Origin: Alphaproteobacteria bacterium
Lineage (GTDB): Bacteria > Pseudomonadota > Alphaproteobacteria > RF32 > CAG-239
NCBI GenBank assembly: GCA_017479985.1
Contig: JAFVBL010000010.1
Coordinates: forward strand, 1 to 62,355
Length of the DNA stretch: 62,355 nucleotides
Direction of reading: 5' to 3'
The notes beneath the pieces are model-generated. The model ran no database searches, had not been told where the DNA came from, and saw nothing but the letters and a program-made list of their open reading frames with translations. Positions 1 through 9,100 of the stretch are shown piece by piece (position 1 is the first letter of the stretch; the number at the start of each line of letters is the position of its first letter). The position numbers and the translations under genes are program-made.

Positions 1-178
1 CGAGGGATTTCACAGGAAAATGAAGCTGATACAAAGGCGAGCGTATGGATTTAGAAATTTTGAAAATTATCGCTTGCGTGTTAGGATTTTATGTGCTTAA
101 ACTTTAATTACGAGGTCAACCTGATGACTTTTACTTTTTATAATTTTTTACTCTTGCCCCCATCTTTGACGATGAACC
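1..178 (+). mobile_element. ISL3-family insertion sequence, 3' end of transposase plus right end (cut by window start)
   Basis: 1-100 translates as EGFHRKMKLIQRRAYGFRNFENYRLRVRILCA*, the conserved ISL3 C-terminal motif. The end GATGAACC at 171-178 recurs reverse-complemented at 28184, 28239 and 28444. Confidence 0.85.
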
Positions 179-246
179 CAAAAAAGACGGGAGCCGGAAT
201 CCAGACGAAAAACAAAGCAAATCCAGAAAATACCGAGGCTCCCGAA

Positions 247-323
247 TGGTACGCGCTGAGGGATTCGAACCCTCGACCCACTGATTAAGAGTCAGTTGCT
301 CTAGCCAACTGAGCTAAGCACGC
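247..323 (-). tRNA. tRNA-Lys (anticodon CTT)
   Basis: The minus strand folds as a cloverleaf: GCGTGCT acceptor, anticodon arm ACTGA-CTCTTAA-TCAGT, T-loop TTCGAAT, encoded CCA. Confidence 0.97.
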
Positions 324-481
324 ATATGCGTCAAACATCACTTGTATAATGCATTAAAATTTGTTTTGCAACATTTTTTTTTATAAAAGTAAAAATTTTT
401 CGCAAAAAGAAATTTTTTTATATAAATTTTTATAAATTCAATATATAAATAAGGCAGTTTAATTTATCAAAAGGACAAAAA

Positions 482-1456
482 ATGGTTGAAAATAAAGCAA
501 ATGCGGCGGATAAACCGCAAAAGAAAAAATCTAAATTGAAAAAAACATTTAAATGGCTGGTCAGTGCAATTGTTTTGTTGGTGGTACTGATTCTTGCCGG
601 TGCATATTGGGCTTGGAACTATTTTGATTGGAAGTCAAAAGTTCGCCAGATGGTGCATATCTACGGCTCGCAGGTGGTCGGAACAGATGTCAATATCGGC
701 AGAATCGATATTTCGCTTAAAGACGGACGCGGTTCGGTCAGTGATATTACGGTCGGCAATCCGAAAGGGTACAGTAAGGATTTGATTATCAATCTCGGTA
801 CGGTGGCGGTAAAAGTCGATACCGATTCGGTTATGAAGGCTTTGAAGGAAACAGCACAAAAAACAGGTCCGAAAGTAAAAACAATCATTATCGATGAAGT
901 GCGCGTCAATAAACCGGAGGTCACGTATGAGTTGATGAATCTTAATAAAAACAATGCGAATGACATATTGGCAAATATCAAACAAAATACAGCATCTTCC
1001 GCACAAAAATCCGAACCGAAACCACAAGATGAAAATGCCGTGCAATATAATGTTGCCGTGAAAAAAGTTGTGGTGGAAAACGGAACGGCAACTGTTGCTG
1101 CCGGTTTACTCGGTGTTTCAAAGTCACTGAGTGTGCCGTTGCCGACAATTACCATCAATAACTTGGGAACAGAGAAACAGGGAATCAGTATTGAAAACGG
1201 ATTGGCACGGCTGTTTCAGGAAATCTTGAAAAATACGGTGGGTGCAGTGGCAAAGGTCGATTTGAGCGATTTATTGAGCGGAGTCGGTGATTTGGCAAAC
1301 GGTGCGGTTGATGCCGCCAAAGGAGTCGCAGGCGCGGCGGCGGATACTGCCGGTAAAGCTGCCGGTGCGGCAACAGATGCGGCAGGTGCGGCTGTCAACG
1401 GCGTGACCGACGGAGTCAAAGGAATTGCCAACGGAGTCGGCGGATTATTTAAATAA
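482..1456 (+). CDS. AsmA-like membrane-anchored protein with Ala/Gly-rich C-terminal tail
   Basis: N-terminal TM helix after a Lys-rich stretch; beta-rich body (GTDVNIGRIDISLKDGRGSVSDITVGNPKGY); low-complexity GAAADTAGKAAGAA tail; RBS AAAGGA. Confidence 0.65.
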   Translation: MVENKANAADKPQKKKSKLKKTFKWLVSAIVLLVVLILAGAYWAWNYFDWKSKVRQMVHIYGSQVVGTDVNIGRIDISLKDGRGSVSDITVGNPKGYSKDLIINLGTVAVKVDTDSVMKALKETAQKTGPKVKTIIIDEVRVNKPEVTYELMNLNKNNANDILANIKQNTASSAQKSEPKPQDENAVQYNVAVKKVVVENGTATVAAGLLGVSKSLSVPLPTITINNLGTEKQGISIENGLARLFQEILKNTVGAVAKVDLSDLLSGVGDLANGAVDAAKGVAGAAADTAGKAAGAATDAAGAAVNGVTDGVKGIANGVGGLFK

Positions 1457-1473
1457 CAGTTGCAATAAATAAC

Positions 1474-1511
1474 AAAAAAAAGACCGCTCGATGCTTTTTC
1501 GGGCGGTTTTT
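1474..1511 (+). terminator. Bidirectional intrinsic terminator
   Basis: A8-GACCGCTCGA...TCGGGCGGTTTTT hairpin between convergent genes. Confidence 0.7.
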
Positions 1512-1572
1512 ATCTTAATTTAAAGAAGTTAAAAGCAAGAAAAAGTTTTCTACCTTTTTATATTGGTCTGTT

Positions 1573-2181
1573 TTATGCAGATAAAAGTTCCTGATGTCTT
1601 TGCAAATAGGTTATAAGAGTAGTGCGGCTGACACCGATAATTTGTGCAATTTCTCGCTTACTGTAATTTTGCAATAACATAAAAGAAATGTTTTGTTTTT
1701 GTTTGTCAAGTTTATAGGTTTTATTTAAATGTCCGAGTGGGCGACCGAGTTTATGTCCTTCTTTTTGTAAACGAGACAAAGCTTCTTTTGTACGTTGAGA
1801 AATCAATTTGCGTTCAATTTCAGCAGAAAGAGCAAATGCAAAAGCTAAAACTTTAGATTGAATATCGTCATCTAATCGATAACTGTCTTTAATTGTCCAA
1901 ATTCGCACACCTTTGCTTGAGCATATATTCAAAATACTCATAATTTGGAGTAAATTACGTCCGAAACGAGATATTTCTGAAGCAAGAATCATATCTCCAG
2001 CTTGAATATTTTGTAGCAGAATACCTAATCTGCGTTTTTTATAATCAATTGAACCGTTTGCGATTTCTTTAATCCATCTGTCAATTTTTATTTTGTTTTG
2101 CTGACAAAATTTATGGATTTCAAATTGTTGATTTTTTGTATTTTGTTTATCAGTACTAACACGAATATATCCGTATATCAT
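1573..2181 (-). CDS. Serine recombinase/DNA invertase, Mpi-like
   Basis: MIYGYIRVSTDKQ (catalytic Ser), SEISRFGRN, KVLAFAFALSAEIERKLISQRTKEAL, GRP and a C-terminal HTH. These motifs closely follow Bacteroides Mpi-family invertases. RBS GAAAGGA. Confidence 0.92.
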   Translation of the reverse strand: MIYGYIRVSTDKQNTKNQQFEIHKFCQQNKIKIDRWIKEIANGSIDYKKRRLGILLQNIQAGDMILASEISRFGRNLLQIMSILNICSSKGVRIWTIKDSYRLDDDIQSKVLAFAFALSAEIERKLISQRTKEALSRLQKEGHKLGRPLGHLNKTYKLDKQKQNISFMLLQNYSKREIAQIIGVSRTTLITYLQRHQELLSA

Positions 2182-2219
2182 TATCTTGTTCCTTTCTGTA
2201 ACTGTTAAATGAGGTTTAG

Positions 2220-2421
2220 AAAAAACGTCCGTTTTTATTGAACAAGATTAATAAAATTTCACCTCTTATTCTAGCATAATAATGATTTTTGTCAATGCTT
2301 TTTATAAATATTGTATCAGTATGAAAATATTATAAATTTGTCTATGTACATATAATGTAAAGAACAGCGCCTGCAATACGTAATTTCTCTGCGGTGTGTT
2401 CAATAAAAACGGACGTTTTTT
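2220..2421. promoter_or_regulatory. Invertible DNA segment: perfect 25-bp inverted repeats (2220-2244 and 2397-2421) around a 152-bp spacer
   Basis: AAAAAACGTCCGTTTTTATTGAACA at 2220-2244 and its exact reverse complement at 2397-2421, next to a serine invertase. The core AAACGTCCGT resembles the Mpi-site consensus ARACGTWCGT. Confidence 0.9.
2268..2295 (-). promoter_or_regulatory. Sigma70 promoter inside the invertible segment, pointing at the invertase in this orientation
   Basis: Minus strand TTGACA (2295-2290), 16-nt spacer, TAGAAT (2273-2268), with extended -10 TGn. Confidence 0.8.
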
Positions 2422-2451
2422 TTGAACACACCGCAAATAAGGAGAAAAATT

Positions 2452-3147
2452 ATGATTAGTTATGAGGACGCATTGAAAAAATTTGAAGGCGAAACAATTG
2501 AAATTACGCCGACAGATAAAAAAAGAATCTGCATTCCGATTCATAATCACGTTGGTTCACAAGAAGTTGAATTTACCAGTTGGGATGGTTCTAAACAAAA
2601 AACTGTCGGTTACAAATTTGTAAATCAGACAGATGGTTCAGAACAGGTTGCTGCGGCAAAGGACGGTGTTTTGATGCTGTATGAAGGCAAAACACCGGAT
2701 GGTAAAATGCGTTCAGAAGCAGTTAGGGAATATTTGGATAAGCATCCTTTAGCTGCAAAGACAGCCAGTGGAGTGGAAAAACTTGTAGGTTTTCTGAACA
2801 CGATTGCTATAGGAGATAAAGGTCAATCAGATGTTTATTCGACTGATTTAGGTTTTGTAGCTAAAAAGATTCTGGGCGCACCGGCAAAAGAAGATATTAA
2901 GCCAGGACAGATGATTGTCGGTCAAAAAGTCAGTGCAACATTACAAGCTTTCAGAGTTGGTCCAGGTGTCGAGTTTGAAGGAGCTCCGGGTACGGCTTCT
3001 ACGCAAAAAGCCGGAAAAGACGGTGCTTATATTATCAAAGACGACAGTGGTGCCAGAATGATTCAGACTGCCGAATTTAATCAAGCCTATATGATTACAA
3101 AAAATCCGATAACGATGGGCAGAGACAGCAAAGGACCGCGTGAATAA
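2452..3147 (+). CDS. Hypothetical cytoplasmic protein (231 aa), probable target of the invertible promoter
   Basis: AAGGAG RBS at 2439-2444, ATG at 2452, terminator directly after. No signal peptide or TM. The C-terminal GAYIIKDDSGARMIQTAEFNQAY is weakly reminiscent of PGDYG-type motifs. Confidence 0.75.
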   Translation: MISYEDALKKFEGETIEITPTDKKRICIPIHNHVGSQEVEFTSWDGSKQKTVGYKFVNQTDGSEQVAAAKDGVLMLYEGKTPDGKMRSEAVREYLDKHPLAAKTASGVEKLVGFLNTIAIGDKGQSDVYSTDLGFVAKKILGAPAKEDIKPGQMIVGQKVSATLQAFRVGPGVEFEGAPGTASTQKAGKDGAYIIKDDSGARMIQTAEFNQAYMITKNPITMGRDSKGPRE

Positions 3148-3166
3148 TCTAAACGGTCGAAAGTTG

Positions 3167-3196
3167 AAAAGCAGGAGATTTTTCTCCTGCTTTTTT
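3167..3196 (+). terminator. Intrinsic terminator
   Basis: AAAAGCAGGAGA-tttt-TCTCCTGC-TTTTTT. Confidence 0.85.
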
Positions 3197-3248
3197 GTGT
3201 GGAATCGGTATTTTTTCTCTTTGTTAAAAAATTTTGCTGAAAAACACG

Positions 3249-3548
3249 GTCATTCTGAGGAAGTGAAACGACCGAAGAATATCCTTAGCTGCCGTGCGTC
3301 CTTTCGCAGAAAGAAAAAATGACGACAGTACACTGTATGGCAGGAGATTCTTTGCCTGCGGCTCAGAATGATGTGACTTTTTAAGGAGATTCTTTGCCTG
3401 CGGCTCAGTATGACCGTGTTTTGTTCTGCACGGGGGCTTCGGTTCGGACTACGTCCGCCCAAGAATGACTGTTTTTTCTTCGGGGGATTGTTCGAGGACG
3501 TCTTCGACTCCTCGTTTATGCAAGAGCGGCAATCAATACAAGAATGAG
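3249..3548. repeat. Cluster of REP-like palindromic repeats
   Basis: GGAGATTCTTTGCCTGCGGCTCAG(A/T)ATGA at 3343 and 3385, an inverted partner GTCATTCTGAG...GAAGAATATCC at 3249, and two further units ending AAGAATGA at about 3468 and 3547. Confidence 0.7.
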
Positions 3549-3577
3549 TGTTTTGCTTTTGAAGCGACGTATTAAAT

Positions 3578-4885
3578 TTATATCTTACACAATACCGGAC
3601 TTAAAAGTGCCGATTGTTTGCCGCAGATTGATACAGCCGAACGAATTGCCTTTTCGGCACGGGCAAATTGTTCCTCCGTTTGATAATGCACTATTGCCAA
3701 CGGTGTTTGCGCATCAACATAATCACCGATTTGAGCAAAGTTTGTGTAACCGGTTGCCAAATCAAGTGCTTGCGATGGGGTACTTCGTCCGCCGCAGAGT
3801 TCAATAATACTCAGGCCGACGGCACGGGCATCGACGGCACCGATATAGCCGTTTTTTGCCGCATATATCGGCTTTGTGTGTGCGGCGTGCGGCAAATATT
3901 CTTCATATTTTTCGGCAAAGTCTGTCGGACCTCCGAGAGCCGCAACCATTTGAGCAAATTTTTCAAGTGCCGCACCGGAAGATAATTTTTCCGTTATCAG
4001 ATTGTTTGCTTCCGATAAATTGTTGCAGCGCCGGCAAAGCACCAGAATTTCGGCGCACAGTTCACGTGTGACTTTATCTAAACGCGGATTGATGTTTTTG
4101 CCTTGCAGATATTCCACAGATTCGCGTACTTCAACGGCGTTTCCGGCGGCAAATCCCAAAACCTGATTCATATCGGTCAGCACGGCGCGTGCCTTTGTGC
4201 CGGCACCGTTTGACACATCTATAATGGATTGAGCCAAAGCTTTGGCATCTTCAAAACTTTTCATAAACGCACCGTTGCCGCATTTTAGGTCCATAACCAG
4301 ATATTCCAAACCGGCGGCGAGTTTTTTTGAGAGAATTGACGCCGTAATCAGCGGAATCGACTCAACGGTGCCGCAGACATCGCGAATCGCATAGATTTTT
4401 TTGTCTGCCGGTGCCAGATTGCCGGTTTGCCCGATGATGGCGCAACCGACTTTTTTTACTGTTTTACGGAAAAGTTCATTATCCGCTTGTGTGTTATAAT
4501 TCGGAATTGCCTCAAGTTTATCAATCGTACCGCCGGTATGCCCGAGACCGCGTCCGGCAATCATCGGCACGTATACATCGCAGGCAGCCAGAATCGGTGC
4601 CAGCATCAGACTGACTTTATCTCCGACACCGCCGCTTGAATGTTTATCGACAATCGGCTTGTCAAAACCGTCCCAACGCAAGACATCTCCCGAGTCGCGC
4701 ATTGCCAATGTCAAATCAATGGTTTCGCGTTTGTTCAATCCGTTTAAGAAAACGGCCATTGTCATTGCCGCAACTTGTGTATCATCGACCGTGCGGGAAG
4801 ATATGCCGCCTATAAATTCACGGATTTGTTCGGCGGATAAGACACCTTTATCGCGTTTAATGCGAATAATTTCCTGTGGTAACAT
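3578..4885 (-). CDS. deoA: Thymidine phosphorylase
   Basis: DKHSSGGVGDK, GRGLGHTGGTIDKLE, RDVCGTVESIPLITASILSKK and MDLKCGNGAFM motifs. Confidence 0.95.
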   Translation of the reverse strand: MLPQEIIRIKRDKGVLSAEQIREFIGGISSRTVDDTQVAAMTMAVFLNGLNKRETIDLTLAMRDSGDVLRWDGFDKPIVDKHSSGGVGDKVSLMLAPILAACDVYVPMIAGRGLGHTGGTIDKLEAIPNYNTQADNELFRKTVKKVGCAIIGQTGNLAPADKKIYAIRDVCGTVESIPLITASILSKKLAAGLEYLVMDLKCGNGAFMKSFEDAKALAQSIIDVSNGAGTKARAVLTDMNQVLGFAAGNAVEVRESVEYLQGKNINPRLDKVTRELCAEILVLCRRCNNLSEANNLITEKLSSGAALEKFAQMVAALGGPTDFAEKYEEYLPHAAHTKPIYAAKNGYIGAVDARAVGLSIIELCGGRSTPSQALDLATGYTNFAQIGDYVDAQTPLAIVHYQTEEQFARAEKAIRSAVSICGKQSALLSPVLCKI

Positions 4886-4888
4886 AGG

Positions 4889-5686
4889 TTATTCCTTTTC
4901 TAAAAATTCGGTTATCAAGAAGCTGAGTTTTTCGGCGGCAATACCGACTTGATGCAATACATCTTCGTGATTCGGTTTATGCGGACTTAAGCCTGTGCAT
5001 AGGTTTGAAATAACCGATATTCCGGCAACTTTAAGCCTTAGATGAACGGCGGAAATTACTTCCGGCACCGTTGACATACCGACGGCATCGGCTCCGAGTA
5101 ATTGCAACATTTTGACTTCAGCCGGCGTTTCATAATTCGGTCCGACAAGAAGTGCGTATATGCCCTGTGCAAGAGGGATATTTTTTGTTTGTGCGATTTG
5201 TAAAATTTTTTGACGCATTTCGATATTATAAGCTTCGCTCATATCCGGAAAATACGGCTCGTCGTGCGGACCGATTAGAGGATTTTGTCCGCTCAAATTC
5301 AGGTGGTCGGTTATCAGCATCAGACTGCCGGCCGGCATATCCGTTTTGAGCGAACCGGCGGCATTGGTCACAATCAGACGCTGTGTCCCCAGTCGCTTGA
5401 GCAGGCGGATGATTTCATAAATCAACTGCGGTTTTATACCTTCATATAAGTGAAAACGTCCTTGCAGACATAATATATTATGCTTGCCGATTGTGCCGAT
5501 GTAAAAGCAACCGTTGTGACCGGCAACCGTGGTTTGCGGAAAGTCGGGAATTTCAGTGTATGCGATTTTTTGCGCGTTATGCAATGCCGCAACAATTCCG
5601 CCCAAGCCCGAACCGAGAATGACGGCGGTGTCCGGTACAAAATCACCTAAGCGATTTTTTAAGTATTCATACGATTTTTCAAGCAT
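4889..5686 (-). CDS. punA: Purine nucleoside phosphorylase (PNP/MTAP family)
   Basis: ILGSGLG, QGRFHLYEG, TNAAGSL, GPNYETPAE and GADAVGMST motifs; start moved to ATG 5686 behind a GGAGG RBS. Confidence 0.93.
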   Translation of the reverse strand: MLEKSYEYLKNRLGDFVPDTAVILGSGLGGIVAALHNAQKIAYTEIPDFPQTTVAGHNGCFYIGTIGKHNILCLQGRFHLYEGIKPQLIYEIIRLLKRLGTQRLIVTNAAGSLKTDMPAGSLMLITDHLNLSGQNPLIGPHDEPYFPDMSEAYNIEMRQKILQIAQTKNIPLAQGIYALLVGPNYETPAEVKMLQLLGADAVGMSTVPEVISAVHLRLKVAGISVISNLCTGLSPHKPNHEDVLHQVGIAAEKLSFLITEFLEKE

Positions 5687-6080
5687 TTTTAACCTCCTTT
5701 GCCGCAAAAGCATCAGGTAAAAGCTGTTTTAAGGTATAAGTTTTGATATTGCCGCTGAGGTTTGCACTGTGAATCAGCGTGTCCGGTGTTCCGAACTCGG
5801 CAATTTTCTGCAGGCAGTTACCGCACGGTAAAATATTTTCGGTATCGGCAACAATCAGAATCTCGGCAATTTGTTTTTCTCCGCCGGCAATCATCGCCGC
5901 AATTGCACCGGCTTCGGCACAGGTACCGCACGGATAAGATACGTTTTCGACATTGCAACCGCCGAATATTTTTCCGCCCGAGCTTAAAACGGCGGCACCT
6001 ACTTTAAACTTTGAATACGGCGCATAAGCGTTGCTGCGGCATTGCACCGCGATTGAATACAGCTGTGTTATATCTTCCAT
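5679..6080 (-). CDS. cdd: Cytidine deaminase
   Basis: AYAPYSKFKVGAA, GCNVEN, CAE and PCGNC zinc motifs. Confidence 0.95.
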   Translation of the reverse strand: MEDITQLYSIAVQCRSNAYAPYSKFKVGAAVLSSGGKIFGGCNVENVSYPCGTCAEAGAIAAMIAGGEKQIAEILIVADTENILPCGNCLQKIAEFGTPDTLIHSANLSGNIKTYTLKQLLPDAFAAKEVKNA

Positions 6081-6173
6081 ATTTTTTTACCCTTGTTTAT
6101 AAAAATGTGTTGATTTATTCTATGAATATTATACATTAAAAGTCAAGAGTGTCTTAAAAGGAGTGACGCATTT

Positions 6174-9100
6174 ATGAAGAAAATAATTCTGATATCTTTG
6201 GGTGTGGTCGTGCTGTTGATTGCCGGCTTAAGCACATACGTTTCTTTGATTGATTGGAATGCACATAAAGAACAGTTGGCGGCACAGTTCTCCTCGGTTG
6301 TCGGTGAAAATATAGATTTTGCCGGTAATTTGGACGTATCTCTTTTTCCGCATCCGAAAATGTCGGCAAAATCCGTATCTGTTTTGAGCAGAAAAGACGG
6401 TAAGGTCTTGGCAAAACTCGATAAGATGGATATGGCGGTGACACTTTCTTCTCTTTTGCACGGTGCGCCCGATGTTCAGTCTTTGTCGGTTGACGGTGCG
6501 GAAGTGTGGATTATTTTTGACCAAGAGGGTAAAAGTAATTGGCAACGCACGGAAGCGCAGGATTATTATGATAATGAAGTGCGGGTTCAGATTTTGAATT
6601 TGCGGCGCTCGGTGGTGCATCTGGAACATCAGAAGTATGGTGTTAATATTGAACTCCGCGATTTTTCAACCGAAATTCAGGCAGAAACTCTGCAAAGCGG
6701 ACCGTATCAGATACAGGGCAATTTTGTGTATGGCAATGAGCGGTACGGATTGGGGCTGAGTATTGACAGTCTGGCACAATTTGATGATGTCGGTTTTCAG
6801 GTACGTCTGATACATCCGGCAACCGAAGCGTCTTTCTTTTATAACGGTACGTATAATAAACAATCAACGGCGATGAAAGGTAAATTTTCCGGTGAGTTTA
6901 TGCGTATGGCCGATACGGTTAATATTTTTGCGGGCAAGGACGTTCTTGAGGAGCAATACAATAAGCCGATGCAATTTTCGGCGGAAGACATAGCATTTAC
7001 GGGTAATCGCGCCGATTTTTCCAGACTCGCCGTCAAATTTGAGCCGTATTTCGTCGGTGCGGGTGATGTATCGGTGCCGCTGGATTTTCGTAAGTCGGAT
7101 AAAAATGTTTTCAGCCTGAAATATCAGGTTGCCGATGCCGATGTACGACCGGTGATTGTTTGGCTTCAAGAACATTTTATGCAATATCACGATAAAGAAT
7201 ATGAGCCGAAAAGCACTTGGGAAGGAAGTTTTGATGTTACCGCAGGCAGAATGACGGTCAGTGATAATGTTTCGGGTGTTTGTGAAACGGTCAGTACAAA
7301 GGGCGTGTGGAAAAACAATGTGTTGTCAGTCGATGACTTTTTTGCCGAATGTGCCGGAAAAACCCAAATAACCGTTTCCGGTCAGATGAAAGCGGAAGAA
7401 GGGCAACCGCAAATTGTTTGCGCACTGAATGCTGAAAGTAAAAACTTGCGTACGTTTTTGAGCGCAATGAATGTGGAAATCAAAGCGCCGTCTTCGGCGG
7501 CGTATCTGAATACGGATTTTAGCGCGGATATGCTTTTGTCTCCGGTGGAAGGCAATTTGAAAAATGTCAGTTTGAATATGGACGAATTTAAATTGACCGG
7601 ACAAGCGGCAGCGCAATTTGATGAACAACGATATGAATTGCAGATTCAGGCAGATAAGCTGAATTTGGATACTTATGTTTTTCCGCTCGAACAAGATGCA
7701 CCGAATGATATTTTATCTGTATTACGGCACGACGCGGAGATGCTGGCAAAATGGAAAGATTATAAAATTGAGGCAGCGGCGGAAATAGAAAATGCAATAT
7801 TCCGCGGTGTATCGGCACAAAATATGTTGTTTAATGTATCATACGAAAATGATGAATTGGCAATTATGAAGTTTCAGACGGAAAATATTATGGATACGGC
7901 TTTGCAGTTTTCGGGACTTATTAAAAATATCAGTCAGGAGCAACCGTATATTGATGTGCTGACGTTCAATCTGAAATCACAGAATTTGAATAATTTTGCG
8001 GAAAAATATGAAATTGCTTTGCCTAAATGGGATATTTTCAGCCAGAAGAATTTTACGGTTGTCGGCGAACTCAGCGGCAGTTTTAATGAAATTAAAGCAA
8101 GAACGGATATTCAGGCGGATAATAATAAATTTAATTATGACGGTACATTGAAAAATGTAAATAAAGAAATTCAATTTGACGGAATGGCGGAAATGAAAAC
8201 TCAAAAGTTGGAAAATCTGTTGCCGAAATTGAATTTTAATCTGAAAAACTCAAAAGTATTCCGCGGAGTATTTAATGGAAAATCTCATATATACGGTAAT
8301 GTCGGTAAGTTTCGGTTGGATAACTTTGGGATGTTTCTCGGTCCGGTTAAATATGTCGGCAGCGTTGAAGTGACACGCAATAAAAACGGTTATGCAATCA
8401 AAGGAGATACCGCTGTTTCCGAGCTGAATATCGAACGCTTGCTGAATGTACAGAAAACAAAAACGTCGGAAGCAATTTTGAAGGCGGAAGATACCTTTTG
8501 GGCGCGTCCGAATTTCGGTCGGGCAACGTTTGATTTTTCGGCATATAAAAATTTGGAACTTGACTTGAAACTTTCTTGTACCAAAGGGGTTTTCGGTAAT
8601 TCTGTTATTCAAGATTTTGCCGGCCGCGTTCTTAATGCGTCAGATGAATTAAGCGTGAAATATGCGTCGTTTAGGGCAGGTGACAGCAATGTATCCGGTG
8701 ATGTAACCGTATCGTACGGCAAATCTCCGCGTATGCGCGGTAATATATCAGTTGATAATATTCCTGTTGTGAAAAAAGGCGGAAGTGTTTATAAAATTTC
8801 AAGTGATAAAGTACGTCTGAGCAGTGAGTTTGAAACATCTGCCGCATCTATGGAAGATATGATTGCTTCTTTATCCGGCAAAATCAAACTTAAAACACAG
8901 GCAATAGAAGTGACGGGAATTGATTTGGGGGCGATTGAAACAGATTTGAAAGACCGTAAATATTCCAAAGGTCTGTTTCAAATGATGCAGAACAACTTAA
9001 AGAGCGGTCAAACCGCGTTTAGGCCGATAGATGTGACGTTGAATGCACAAAACGGTGTGGTGACATTAGGTGATATTCTGCTGGAAAATGATGCGGATAA

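Noticed and set aside
91-288. 65-aa ORF from the track
   Set aside because: It spans the IS end and the antisense strand of tRNA-Lys; not a plausible gene.
3343-3414. Mini CRISPR from two 30-bp direct repeats
   Set aside because: Only two copies with a 12-nt spacer, embedded in a REP-like cluster.
3578-6080. cdd-punA-deoA lacking deoC as a novelty
   Set aside because: An ordinary nucleoside-salvage cluster; deoC may be elsewhere in the genome.
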